Positions 37,901 to 49,137 of a DNA stretch of 64,000 nucleotides are shown here, in pieces (the first letter of the stretch is position 1; every line of letters begins with the position of its first letter). The DNA is from Amphiscolops sp. MND2022 (Eukaryota): contig OZ076409.1 in assembly GCA_964187785.1 (NCBI GenBank), positions 95,854,001-95,918,000 on the forward strand, read 5' to 3'. The position numbers were made by a program, and so were the translations under genes. The notes under the pieces were generated by a model. That model ran no database searches. It saw only the letters and a list, made by a program, of their open reading frames with translations, and was not told the DNA's origin.

Positions 37901-40900
37901 TGCTCTAACAGTATTGCAATAATAATTCAACATGACATTTAGTGGGCTGTGTATGCGGGGAGCGGGGTGTTGGGGGAAGAAAGTTATGACTTCCGTTATA
38001 AAAGGGTGAATATCAGTAAACTTAAGATATTATCGAATTGAATGTCAAAAGATTAATAATATGATCTAAACTTAAAGGACCGGAATGAGATCTAAAACTT
38101 AAAGGACCGGATCAAGATACGAAATTTAAGGACCGGAAAGAGATCTAAATAGAATAAGATCTAAAACTTAAAGAAAAAACAGGAATCTAAAGCTAGGGAT
38201 CTAAAGGAACAAGATCTAAAGCGAACAAGAACTAAAATTTGAGGACCGGAATAAAATCTAAAGCGAGTAAGAACTAAAATTTAAGGACCGGAATAAGATC
38301 TAAAGAGAATAAGATCTAAGAGAAATAAAGATCTATAATATGAAGGACCGGAATAATATGAAAAATTTAAGAACGGGAATAAGATGTAAGTGAATATCTA
38401 CGTTATTCACATTAGTGATTTTAGAGGTTATTCCACAAAACTAGTGATTTTAAACGATATTTCAGTAAAATGCAGTAAAATACGTAAAAATGAAATACGT
38501 TAGCCCAAAATTAGATTGATTTTCCTGGATTTGAATTTTTGAATGCCGAAATTTTTGTTGAATTTTTCCACAGAAACTCCACCAAAGATGCTCTCAAAAA
38601 TCTCTAATATTCTTTTTTTGTTAGTTCTCCAGATTTTCTAAACATCTTCCTCGGCCCTAAAAAATGTTTGAAAAAATTTGAGGTTTCAACCAATCAAAAC
38701 AGCTTTGTTTTGATATTCCGTTCGAAAGTAGTTTCTGAAAAAACCGTGTTGAACTTCTATATGAAATTGATAAATATTGCGTATTCCAACAGTTTGCATG
38801 GAACAAAATTTTCCACGTAAAAAATTCAGTTTTACGAATTTGTCTACCACACGGGCACTCGTTGACTATTTGTTTACGTCATATTGTAGCGTCTGTGCTT
38901 ACAAAATTCGAGGCCTTGCCCACAAAAACCTACTTTTCGCGGGGAATTAGTCTTTAGGTTGTTACTCTGAAAACCCGCCAAATTGTACAGAAATCTTGAT
39001 AAATACCTGAAAATAAGACGCAGCATGAAAATATTGAGCATGAAAAGTTCTCTAAGCAGCTCCCAAAAACCTAATAAATTAGCCTTGCAACCTATAAAGC
39101 ATGTAAAAATTTCGAGCACTTTCAACTAGGGTGAATTCAGTTGGAATTGATCTCAACCAGGCAATAAATGCTTGGTTTTGATGTTTCTCGAAATCTGGCT
39201 GAAAAAGAAAGAGTTGAATCCGCCTAATTCGTATCGCTAGGGACCGAATGAAATAGTACGAATAGTGAAAGATACGGGCTAACCGAATGATATCACTTTG
39301 GTCGTCGGGAAATGGGGGTCTCAGATACATAAGAATTACACGAAGATCCGAATTAGCCGGATACGAATTAACCGAAGATCCGAATTAGCCGGATACAAAT
39401 TCAACGAACATCCGAATTATCTGTATACGAAATAACCAGAGTTGTCTGTAGACCTTGTTTGGAGGTAAATTGATACTTCTTAACATTTGTTAGAAGTTTT
39501 TCGAAGTCTCGCAGGTACTACTCGGCTCCGGATATGTTCTTTTTATAGAAATGAGTTTTGAGAAGTTCCGAAAAATCCATCCCAATGTCACGATACCATG
39601 TTTCATTGGTTTTCTGAAGACGCTCGATGAAAGTTTCAAAAACAAATGTTTTACCATTATCAAAATTAATTTTCCGCAATAAAAACTGAAAGTGAAGGAT
39701 CATTGGAGTTTTGATATGTTCGTATGTTAAGTACAGCTGCACCCAGATAGAAATCCAGAGAAAGAGTCGCACACGGACTTCGTGAAACTCAACGAAGCGT
39801 ATAGCACGTTGAAGTCGCCGAACAAACGAAGACAGTACGACTTATCGTTGGGCAACCTGGGCACCATGAGTTCATTCAATGAGTTCGGGAGGTACAGAAC
39901 ACGTGGGTTCGAGACTGAAGATTTAGACGCTGCTGTTGATAGGAAAAAAGGCCCCAGAGGAAGACCGATGGGACAGCCGTTCGAATATACCTTTCATGAT
40001 TTCGGGAACAGGACTGAAGCTGCACCCAAGTTAGTTTTGTTGTTTAATAGGCATGATATTTGACATCATAACCATTGAGTGGAAGATTAAGATCTAAGGC
40101 TGTTTTCTGTGATGTTTTTTTTAATTCAGGAAAGAAAAACAGGAAGTAGGTTTTTCAAGCTTTGTAACTTTTGACACTTATGGAACAAGGAGAAATTTTT
40201 TTGTGTCTTTAGTAGTTTTGAGTGGAAAATTTTATGATCTCATACTTATTGCGAAGTTTGCCCATCCAAAGTCTCTTTTTTTGTGGATTTCGTTAACAAC
40301 ATAGTCTATATCTTGGACGTTTGTCTCGTTCTCATTGTTGAACTTGAATCTATGATGCGATGTGCATTGAATCGTAGAAAAACTCGTCGAAAGTACAATG
40401 TGGAAAACTCGTCGAGAAGCAACTCGCCGAAAAATGCTGCGGCGAAAAACTCTTCGCAAGTACAGAAAATCATCTCTGCCAAATATAGTGTTAATTTTCT
40501 GATCGTACTGTATGACCAACAAAAGTTTTACACTGCAAACTATAAAATATCACATTTCAAGCTATTATATAACCATTAAAAACTGAAGAGTTTCAAGCAT
40601 CAATTAAAGAAAATCAAAGCATGGTTATCACTTCGCAATGAAATATATAAAAAGTTACATTCTGGTGGGATACCAACAGCTGATTAGAATTCTGTAATTG
40701 TTTGACAAGTATTTGCGCCCAATCATTGTATTATTCGACGAGTTAGATTTCGACTAGTTTTCAGCATTCCCAATGTAGTTGTAAGTGTTCATCAATGAAA
40801 TTTGTTTCTCCCTGGATTGAAGAACTGCGTAGAGCTACGTAGCAGAGAGAACGCAATTTTTAGTCGGCGCTTCATGAAGTGAAACGCGACTAATATAGTG

Positions 40901-43900
40901 ACTCTTTTTTTTTTATTTTCCGCCCATATTTCATATGGGAAAGGAAAATATTTAAATCAAACGGGTTTTTTTTACAAAATTTGCCAAGAATTATTGTTTA
41001 CGTAATATGAAGAAGTACATTCACAGAATTCAACTGACATAAATTTAGTTCCATGCGATATGTATTTGTAAAGATTTTTGGACTTGAAACGATTTAGTTG
41101 CTCAAATGATTTGGGGCGGAAAATATCCCGCTGGTCCGCGGGCGTCTTGTTTTTTTTTCTATCCACACGAACTGACCAAAATAGTTCTTAAAAGTTCTAC
41201 AAAATATTATTGCACCAAATTACACTATTTGGCCTAGCGAACTGCGAGACTTTTTTTCGAAATTTTTTTTCCCCAAAGGGTCCCCCCTGCATTTTTTTTA
41301 TGTTTTGCGACAGAATGGATGTTGAAAAATCCCAAAGGGTCCCCCCTTTCAGTTTTTTTCGGCACTGCGAGACATTTTTTTCGGAATTTTTTTTCGAATT
41401 TTTTTTCCTCAAAGGGTCCCCCCTGCATTTTTTTTATGTTTTGCGACAGAATGGATGTTGAAAAATCCCAAAGGGTCCCCCCTTTCAGTTTTTTTCGGCA
41501 TTGTGAGATTTTTTTTCCAGAAAATAAAAATTTTTGTTTTCTTCAATTTTTTCATGTTTTGCGACAGAATGGATGTTGAAAAACCTCAAAGGGTCCCCCT
41601 TTCAGTTTTTCGGCATTGTGAGACTTTAGCGCGCCACTCGGTCCATTTTTTTGAGTATGTAATTTTTTCGAAAAATTTTTTTTCGAAAAATTTTTGATTT
41701 TCGAGTACTGTAATAGAGAATACTTGACACTTGGAAGTCTTTTTGCTATTTTTGAGCCTTGGATATGGCGCCGACTTGGGCCGGTCCCGGCTTGTTAATT
41801 CTAATCTCAATTTTCGAAAACTGAAATTTCAATTAAAATTTCTTGAAATTTTGCAATCTCGAACTTTCTCAATTGGGGTCGTTGAAATTTCAAACAAACA
41901 TTTTTGTAAACTTAATAAAAATCTGAAGAAATTTTTGTAGCTGATATTTTTGTGCTTGACAATTTTTTGTATTTGTGACAGTTTGCGAGATATTTGGTTC
42001 TCAATTTTGTCATTTTGAGTAATGGATTTGCGATATTTCAGAACACTACTACTGTACACTGTATTTGTGAATGTTTATTATTATTTCTGCGATAGCAGGC
42101 AGGAATATTGTTGAAATCTCAAGATGTCTACTTTTTTTCAGTAAAATGTTTGTCGTGATACTAAATATTTCAGATATTTTGCTCGGCAATGAGTATAAGC
42201 GTGAGATTTAAATTTTTCAAGCTGTCGACGACATTTCAATTCTCGTGCGATGGAACGAGCGAGTGGTAATTTTGCATTCGTACGCTGACGTCATTGAGAT
42301 GAAGCGAGCGAATGTTCGCACTTATGCTTTCGTACGCCGAGTTATTGAAATGAAGGCGGTATAAACTTGTAAAGTGATTAATTGTGCGCTAAATATTGAT
42401 TAAACAGGAGTGTATTGGTATTCCAGATATAATTCTATTATTAATGAAAGATTGAAGCAGAAATTATTGTGTGCCCCGGAGGGGCCTATTTTTAGTCGGC
42501 GCTTCATGAAGTGAAACGCGACTATTATAGTGACTCTTTTTTTCTATCCACACGAACTGACCAAAATAGTTCTTAAAAGTTCTACAAAATATTATGGTGT
42601 CAAATTGCACCATTTGGCCTAGCGAACTGGACCAAAATGGTTTTACCTGTTTTTCCGCGTAACATACCATACCGGGAGAGACCAAAGAGTCCCCCCTTTC
42701 AATTTTTTTCGGCACTGCGAGACATTTTCTTCGGAATTTTTTTTCGAAATTTTTTTTCCTCAAAGGGTCCCCCCTGCATTTTTTTGATGTTTTGCGACAG
42801 AATGGATGTTGGAAAATCCCAAAGGGTTCCTCCTTTCAGTTTTTTTGGCATTGTGAGATTTTTTCCCGAAAATAAAAAAAATTTTTTTTCTTCAATTTTT
42901 TCATGCTTTGCGACAGAATGGATGTTGAAAAACCTCAAAAGGTCCCCCCTTTCAGTTTTTCGGCATTGTGAGACGTTAGCGCCACTCGGTCCAATTTTTT
43001 TAGTATGTAATTTTTTCAAAAAATTTTCGATTTTCGACTTCTGTAAAAGAATACTTGACACTTGGAAGTCTTTTTGCTATTTTTGAGCCTTGGACATGGC
43101 GCCGACTTGGGCCGGTCCCGGCTTGTTAATAAAATAGTTTTTCGCAGGAATGAAGAACTGCGGAGAGCTACCCAGCAGAGAGAACGCGACTTGCGTGCCA
43201 GCAAAGAGAGGAGGAAGTTGGTAGAGGTGGTTGGGTTGGTGGTGGGTTTGGGAACCTTGGTGTCTCTTGTCACTGCCTACTTCTGGAGTCTGCCCAGCCA
43301 GAAGTATAGATACGCTTACGACACGTTAGCTCCATTGTCTACTGCATTTTACACTATGTCAGGAAAACGAGAACATGAAACGCTTTCTTGCTGAATGAAG
43401 CTTTTTTTAAGAGTCAGTGTTCAGAAATTGTTTTTGTAAATTAGTTTTGAGAATTAAGTTTTGAAAATTAGTCACTGTAATGCGTATGACCGACGTTTTT
43501 ACCACCACAAAAAAGTCGTTTACTTTTCAATTCAATAATCACTTAAAGCGTCTCAAATTCTGCTCTGAAATCCGAATTTCCGTGTTGTAAGTTTACTCAA
43601 ACAGCCAATCAATGCAGATCTCCATCGATACTCGAGGTCACTTTTATGGCGAAAGTGTCATGTAGTTATTTTTTGAAAGCGCGATGTCGAGGGTTCAAAT
43701 CTGACACCAGATTGATTTTTTTTAAATAATTTTATCCTTGCTTGCGGAAATGTAATGTCCTTTTAAATATACATCTTAGCTTCGAATTAGGTCAGGACAT
43801 TTTGTATTACAATGTGCCCGGCTAGTTTTTAGTCGGCGCATTTTAACAAAATGAGCCCGACTACCGTATTTTCTCGTTTAAGAGCCGCACAATTTTTTGA

Positions 43901-46884
43901 AATTAATAAATAAGAGCCGCCTTCGAATAAGAGCCGTATTTTTTTCGAATTCAGGGATCATCAAAAGATTTTGTTCATTTTGCAAACAATGAATTACACG
44001 GAAAACAGCAAAGACTCAAAACAAAGATACACAAATGTATCACACTATCACTCCACAACAAAGATTTTATCCAAATCTAAATTTTCGTCATCAATATCGT
44101 CCAAAATTAGATCATTATCGAAATTTTCTTCGGGTTCTTCGACTAGAATAATGCCAACTCGGGGATCAATGACTGTAATTAGTGAATATGCAGCCTCGGC
44201 AGGCTTTTCAGGCTGGATACAGGAAATTTTCGACTTGTCAATTGTGGTTACTCCGCAACATTCGAATGATTTTTTGATAATATCTGGCTTGACAGTTTCC
44301 CAGGCGTCAAGCACTCATTTTATTTGTTTTTCATAGGCGGGCGCTTTGACATTGCCTTTTGTGTACTCAAAAATACCTTCACGATACCAAGCATCATACT
44401 TTTCTCGAAAAATTTCCTTGAAAGGTTTGTTGATAGAGACGTCCAGGGGCTGTAGAAACTTAGTACACCCTCCAGGAATAACAGCCATAATACTGTTTTG
44501 CTTTTTAACTATTGTTTTGACTTCTTCGTTGATGTAACATTTGAAACTATCCCACACTAACATTCGCTTATTGAACGAAAAGCTGCCGTATATTTCCTTA
44601 ACCCACTGCAGAGTCAGTGCGTCATTCATCCATCCGTTTTTAGAGCACATCACTTTGACCCCCTTATAGTTTATAGTTTTCGGAACTTTTGCACCAGGTA
44701 TAACGACAAACGGGGGTAATTTTGTGCCGTCACCCCTGACTGCTAGGCAAACTGTGATCCTCTGTTTTTCGTGGCCAGTGGTTTTGATAGGCACTGTTTT
44801 TGCACCAACAGATTCAATGGTTGTTGTAGATGGCATATCAACCCAAATAGGGGTTTCACCCATATTTATGATCATTCCAGGCTTGAGATCGAATTTTTGG
44901 ACTTGCTCGGCACGTTAATAAAAGTAGTTTATAAAATTGGAGCTTTTGTCTCCATCTTCTAGCTTGAGACTCGTCCACATTGAATTTCCTGCCTGCATTA
45001 CGGTTATTTTCCTCCGCAAAATTGATGACTTCTAGCTTAAAGTTAATATCGTAAGATTTTTTCGTATTTTTTGCACTCATTGTCCAAACGGAAATGATAA
45101 AGTCCGCGCTGGATTTCTCAGAAACGAGAATGCTTAAAACGAGAATGTTTCTGAGAAATGTTTTTCTCAGAAATGGGAATGTTTGAAACGAAAATTTTTC
45201 TGAGAAATGTATTTCTCAGAAATGGGAATGTTTGAAACGAAAATTTTTCTGAGAAATGTATTTCTCAGAAATGGGAATGTTTCCAAGAAATGTATTTCTC
45301 AGAAATGGGAATGTTTCTGAGAAATGTATTTCTCAGAAATGAGAATGTTCCTGAGAACATTGGTTTCTTGGAAAATTAAATAAATTCCGGTAAAATATTT
45401 CAAGACCCGCCTTCGAATAAAAGCGGCCGTCGAATAAAAGCCGCCTTCGAATGAGAGCCGCGGAAAAAGTCGTCGAAAAAAATAAGAGCCGCGGCTTTTA
45501 ATCGAGAAAATACGGTATTACAATGGCAAGCTTTGTTTTTCTTTTTTTTTTCGTCAGATAACAGAATGTATGCGTAGTGGACACTTTGTCTACAGAAATA
45601 CTAATCTACTGGACCGGCAAGCGAAAACGCATCTAAGTTAGTGCAAAGCGTCCCCCTTTCGTGTACTCAATTTTTAACGTAAGATACAAAACCGGACGGG
45701 ACTACAGGGTCCCCCCTTTGCATTTTTTTCGGCATTGCCATTTTTTCGAAATTTTTTGATGTTTCCAAAGGGTCCCCGCCAATTTTTTGATATTTTGCAA
45801 CAAACTGAATTTCCAAAAAGCCCAAAGGGTCCCCCTTTTACAATTTAAAAAACTTTGCGGTTTTTGAGCCTTAGTTATAGCGTCGACTGTAGACGTTCCA
45901 GTCTTGTTTCAACTGATTGTACGTACCCTTTATAGCAGACTTGTAGCCTCCGATCTAAATTGCATCCCATTCGGCCAGCGGTTTTCCCTTTCACTTATTT
46001 AAGTTTTAGCTAAGTTACAAACTATACGAGGCCAAAAGGGCTCAGCATTTGGGTTTGTTTTTCGAAATTATGCAACTTTTTTTCGAAATTGTTTCCCATC
46101 TTGGTCTCCCTTCTAGTTTTTGCGATGTTTTCAATTAGGAAAGTTTTTTTGTGCCTTTTTGAATTTTGTTTTGCTCTGAGAGTATTGCAGAATTTTCATC
46201 GAAACTTCGTTTAAAGACTGCGGTTTTTAGTCGGCGCCTTTTCCTATAAAGAAGAAAAGCCCGACTATTACAGTGGGTAGTTTTGGGTAGTTTTTAGTCG
46301 GCGCTTTATCCTTTCAAGGAAAACTGCCGGATTATAGCAGTGACCTTTTTTTTCTTCAGATTACAATCCTCACACTGATCGGTCCACTTTTTAGAAACAC
46401 TCCTGAAACCACCTAAGGCCAAGTCCGGCCAAGACAAACTTAGTCCAAAGGTTCCCCCTTTCATTTTTTTACTTTTTCAAGGTAACCTACAAAACCGGAC
46501 GGAACTAAAAGAGTCCCCCTGTCGATTTTTTTTCGGCACTGTGCGGCTTTTTTTCGGAAGAAAAAAATTTCAAGTTTTTTTCCAAAAAATGTTTTGCGCT
46601 TTTTGAGCCTTAGATATAGCACCGACTTTATTGTGCTTGGTTGTTTTAAGCTGGGCTCCTTTGACTTGTCATGTTTATCCAGGTCAGTACGCGTTTATTC
46701 ATCTGGTAGTGGCGGCCCCAGTACACTTCAGAAGTACGTAGACGCAAAAACAGAGGCTGCCGAACAGAACAGACGCAAAAACGCGGCCAATGTCAGAACC
46801 AAGAAAAGGAAGCAGTTTGAGAAGAAAAAGAAATCCGAAAAATCAGCCGACAAACTAAACTTTGATTCTCTCAGATCAAATTGA
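16875..46884 (+). CDS. DNAJC4: DNAJC4-like J-domain protein, paralog 2 (5 coding exons)
   Basis: Exons 16875-16993 (MKFRAVPLSS...FSTSR, presequence-like), 17711-17813 (DTFYDILQVDAGASQEEIKESFVRLSKQ), 39737-40029 (LHPDRNPEKESHTDFVKLNEAYSTLKSP...), 43148-43324 (TM: LVEVVGLVVGLGTLVSLVTAYFW), 46683-46884 (basic tail, TGA). All GT-AG with consistent phases. Confidence 0.8.
17132..17446. mobile_element. hAT-like MITE, family H
   Basis: CAGAATTTTGACAC...GTCGAAAACCTG; TSD CTCCAAAT/CTCCAAAG. Confidence 0.8.
17711..17813 (+). CDS. Paralog 2 exon 2 (J-domain N-half)
   Basis: gcttcag|A...CAA|gttagt; FYDILQV...EEIKESFVRLSKQ. Confidence 0.85.
18360..19520. repeat. ~485-bp diverged tandem repeat (about 2.4 copies; further fragment at ~21130-21310)
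   Basis: AAAAGCATCAAGTTGAC-like motif at ~18360, 18846 and 19325; TTCATTCAAGTAGTTCGG three times. Confidence 0.75.
19560..21130 (+). mobile_element. Decayed Penelope-like retroelement reverse transcriptase
   Basis: PPIFYDISKVHKKDIPL*PVLSLPGS, GVAMGS...LANLWL, CRYVDDII (~20932), FTSERE...KPTNTG; stops and frameshifts. Confidence 0.8.
20413..20710 (+). mobile_element. HINE family C carrying an antisense tRNA-like segment
   Basis: subTIR ACATGACGAAG / CTTCGTCATGT; hairpin GCGAAGCaccGCTTCGC; near-identical copy at 55924-56213. Confidence 0.8.
22390..37355 (-). repeat. Macrosatellite of ~1.49-kb units (about 10) derived from a CACTA/EnSpm-like transposase
   Basis: TTCTCATAGACC recurs at ~22400, 23883, 25376, 26857, 28352, 29849, 31354, 32846 and 34104; units encode NGIKG...IPDD..IDAMHLVFLG and HWxAxDFKIFLFHFG-like motifs on the minus strand. 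Confidence 0.9.
37154..37500 (-). pseudogene. CACTA/EnSpm-like transposase fragment continuing beyond the array
   Basis: CNTRGVHENHRHVNP...ERTHDDF...NGIKG...DAMHLVILG in one frame. Confidence 0.65.
38060..38390. repeat. Irregular short-unit repeat (AGGACCGGAATAAGATCTAAA); related stretch at 47160-47270
   Basis: Many AGATCTAA and GGACCGGA motifs. Confidence 0.75.
39737..40029 (+). CDS. Paralog 2 exon 3 (HPD)
   Basis: gtacag|CTGCACCCAGAT...AA|gttagt. Confidence 0.9.
40857..41796 (+). mobile_element. HINE family A with a nested family D element
   Basis: Both termini; internal ~120-bp repeats; sister copy at 42489-43127. Confidence 0.8.
40915..41151 (+). mobile_element. HINE family D
   Basis: subTIR ATTTTCCGCCC / GGGCGGAAAAT; hairpin CCCGCtggtccGCGGG; inserted in a T-run; related 3' end at ~47317-47355. 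Confidence 0.75.
42489..43127 (+). mobile_element. HINE family A
   Basis: Both termini present; ends 20 bp before an exon acceptor. Confidence 0.8.
43148..43324 (+). CDS. Paralog 2 exon 4 (TM)
   Basis: ttcgcag|G...AC|gttagc, phase 2-2, hydrophobic stretch. Confidence 0.8.
43826..45908 (+). mobile_element. HINE family A carrying a pogo insertion
   Basis: TTTTTAGTCGGCGC...CCCGAC-TA[pogo]TA-TTACA...AGACGttccAGTCTTGTT. Confidence 0.8.
43864..45515 (-). mobile_element. pogo-family transposon with both TIRs and a defective transposase
   Basis: TIR CCGTATTTTCTCG, TA TSD; N-terminal HTH (KKSYDINFKLEVI...RRWR) and DDE_1 motifs (NMGETP, WDSF, LQPLDV) across 44048-45080 with a deletion and a stop. 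Confidence 0.9.
46224..46646 (+). mobile_element. HINE family A (two stacked 5' ends)
   Basis: TTTTTAGTCGGCGC at ~46224 and ~46291; degenerate 3' end. Confidence 0.65.
46683..46884 (+). CDS. Paralog 2 terminal exon
   Basis: tatccag|G TCA GTA...TGA in frame; K/R/E-rich. Confidence 0.75.
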
Positions 46885-47541
46885 AGTCTACCTCAAATCT
46901 CATTCAATGTTTTCGAAATTTTTACCATTTCACTTAGAACTTTATCTCAATTTTTATGGGTTTTCCCATTACCTAATGAAATTTATTTTTGTATCGAAAG
47001 TTTGTTATTTTCCGACCCCACATTTTCAATGGGGGAGGAAAATCATGATCTGTGATGCGTTTTTTTTTACAAATTCTGCCATAAATCGACTCTTCACTTC
47101 ATTCACTCTTCTCTACCTACACTCTCACTCACTAAGTTCTCACTCACTTAGCTTAGACGGGGAATAACATCTAAAGGTAAAAAAGGGAATAAGATCTAAA
47201 ATTTCAGGACGGGAATAAGATCTAAAGGGAATAAGATCTAAAATCACTAATTTTTAGATCTTATTCTTTGGATCCTATTCCCCCCTCCCAAAGTAGCTAT
47301 GGCTCAGTTGGCGAAGAGGGCGGAAAATATCCCGGTGCTTAGCGGGTGTCTTGTTTAAAATGTTATGGAAAGTTAAATTGAATGAAAGGCCTAAGCTAAG
47401 AGATATCCTCATTTTAGTTTCCGAAAAAAAAATTGAGCGCATCGACAGTTTTGCTTATTTTTTGAACAAGGTTGCCAATATTTTAGCGAAACCAGAAAGT
47501 GTTTCACTAATTATTTGTTTTTTGAATCTTTTTAAAAGCTG

Positions 47542-48069
47542 TTTTTAGTCGGCGTTTTCGAAGAAAATCCGACTCTTGCAGTGGCTAGATTTTTTTCGTC
47601 AGTTCAACGCGAAACGTCCACTTTTTGTGCATTAATGCACATTTACCAAATTTAACCATATGTACTTAGTACTTCATTTTCAACGCATCCAAAGCCTCTA
47701 ACATGAGATAAAAAGCCATTCCAAAGCAGAAGGGTCCACTTTTTTGACACTATGAGACTTTCCTCCTTTTTTCGGCACTGTGAGACTGATTTTTTTCCGA
47801 AATTTTTCTTATTGTTCCATCAATTTTTGATATTTTGCAACAGAATGGATGTTCAAAAAATCCCAAAGCGTCCCTTCTTTTACATTTTTCGGCACTATGA
47901 GACCTACCGGAAACTTCAAAAAAAAATTCGGAAAAAAATCGGATTTTTTTTCTCAATTTTTAGTTTTTTGAGAGCTTTTGTTGTCTCCAGTTGTAGAAAA
48001 AGTGGTTTTCGTTTTGGAGTCTTTTTGAGCCTTAGACATGGCGCTGACTTGGGCCGTTCCCGGCTTGTT
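47542..48069 (+). mobile_element. HINE family A
   Basis: Both termini present. Confidence 0.75.
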
Positions 48070-48556
48070 TCCATTTCCGGTTACACAATTTCAAAAAATT
48101 GCGGCTGCATGCAAATTGTAAAAGTATCAAAAGCGCCTTGAATTTTTTGTATCAAAAGCGCCTTGAATTTTTTTGTATCGAAAGCGCCCTGAATTTTTTG
48201 TCTGATGACTTTGAATTTCTTCTTGGATGGCTTTTTTTCGCAGATTGAAAATATGCCATGTCTGCAGGAGAACGGTTCGGTTATGCTACGGGATCTGTTT
48301 CGCTGAAAAAAAGTTTTAAAAAAAGTTAAACCGGTAGTGACTCTTGATAGCAACTGAAGTGTATTCACTAAACATGAGTTGAGACCGGTTCTCTGTCATG
48401 GAAGCTTCTCTGTCAAATTGCTATGATACGCTGGGTACCTCGTCACTTTGCGGTGTAAATTCATAAAGAGTGCGTTTCCAGAAAAATTGTTAACGTCAAA
48501 AGTTGAAGATTCGAGTCAAAGGTATAAAGTTTGTTGCAGATATGTTTTGTTACCAG

Positions 48557-48918
48557 CAGGGTTTTGACATCGCTAATTTCTTCCGCTAATCGCTAAACCG
48601 CTAATTTGAAAATCGCTATTTCGCTGAAAAGCTTTTTCTGCAAACTATTAAATGTTTAGCTTCAACTATGTTTCAAATTAACTTATTCGGTTTTTGGAAG
48701 AAAAAGGACTAGAATTTTTTATACTGTGCGTGTTTTACAAGGGTAAGAGTTGGAATTTTTCCGAAATACATTTTGAAACACCGTTTATACACAGAAGAAA
48801 TTTTGAATTTGGAGGGTCTGTTTAGTTACCGCTAATTTGAATCGCTAATGAAATCGCTGAAAAATTCCTGCGCGACCGCTAATTCGCTAAATCGCTGATT
48901 AGCGGTGTCAAAACTCTG
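48557..48918. mobile_element. hAT-like MITE, family H
   Basis: CAGGGTTTTGACA / TGTCAAAACTCTG; TSD GTTACCAG/GTTACGAG. Confidence 0.85.
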
Positions 48919-49137
48919 GTTACGAGCAGCGGTTTTCGAGATGTTCCCTGGTGAAATTCACTTTTGTAATTTATGTTTGATTCCAAACAAAAAAGTACTG
49001 CATCCGAGGACTTCTTTTGAAAAAAAAACTCGATAAGTTTTGGAAACGAAGCGGAATTGAATTATTTTTCAGATGACTTGGCGTTACCATGCTGTGATCA
49101 AGGACTATCAAATGCAAGCAAACTCTGACTCATCGCA

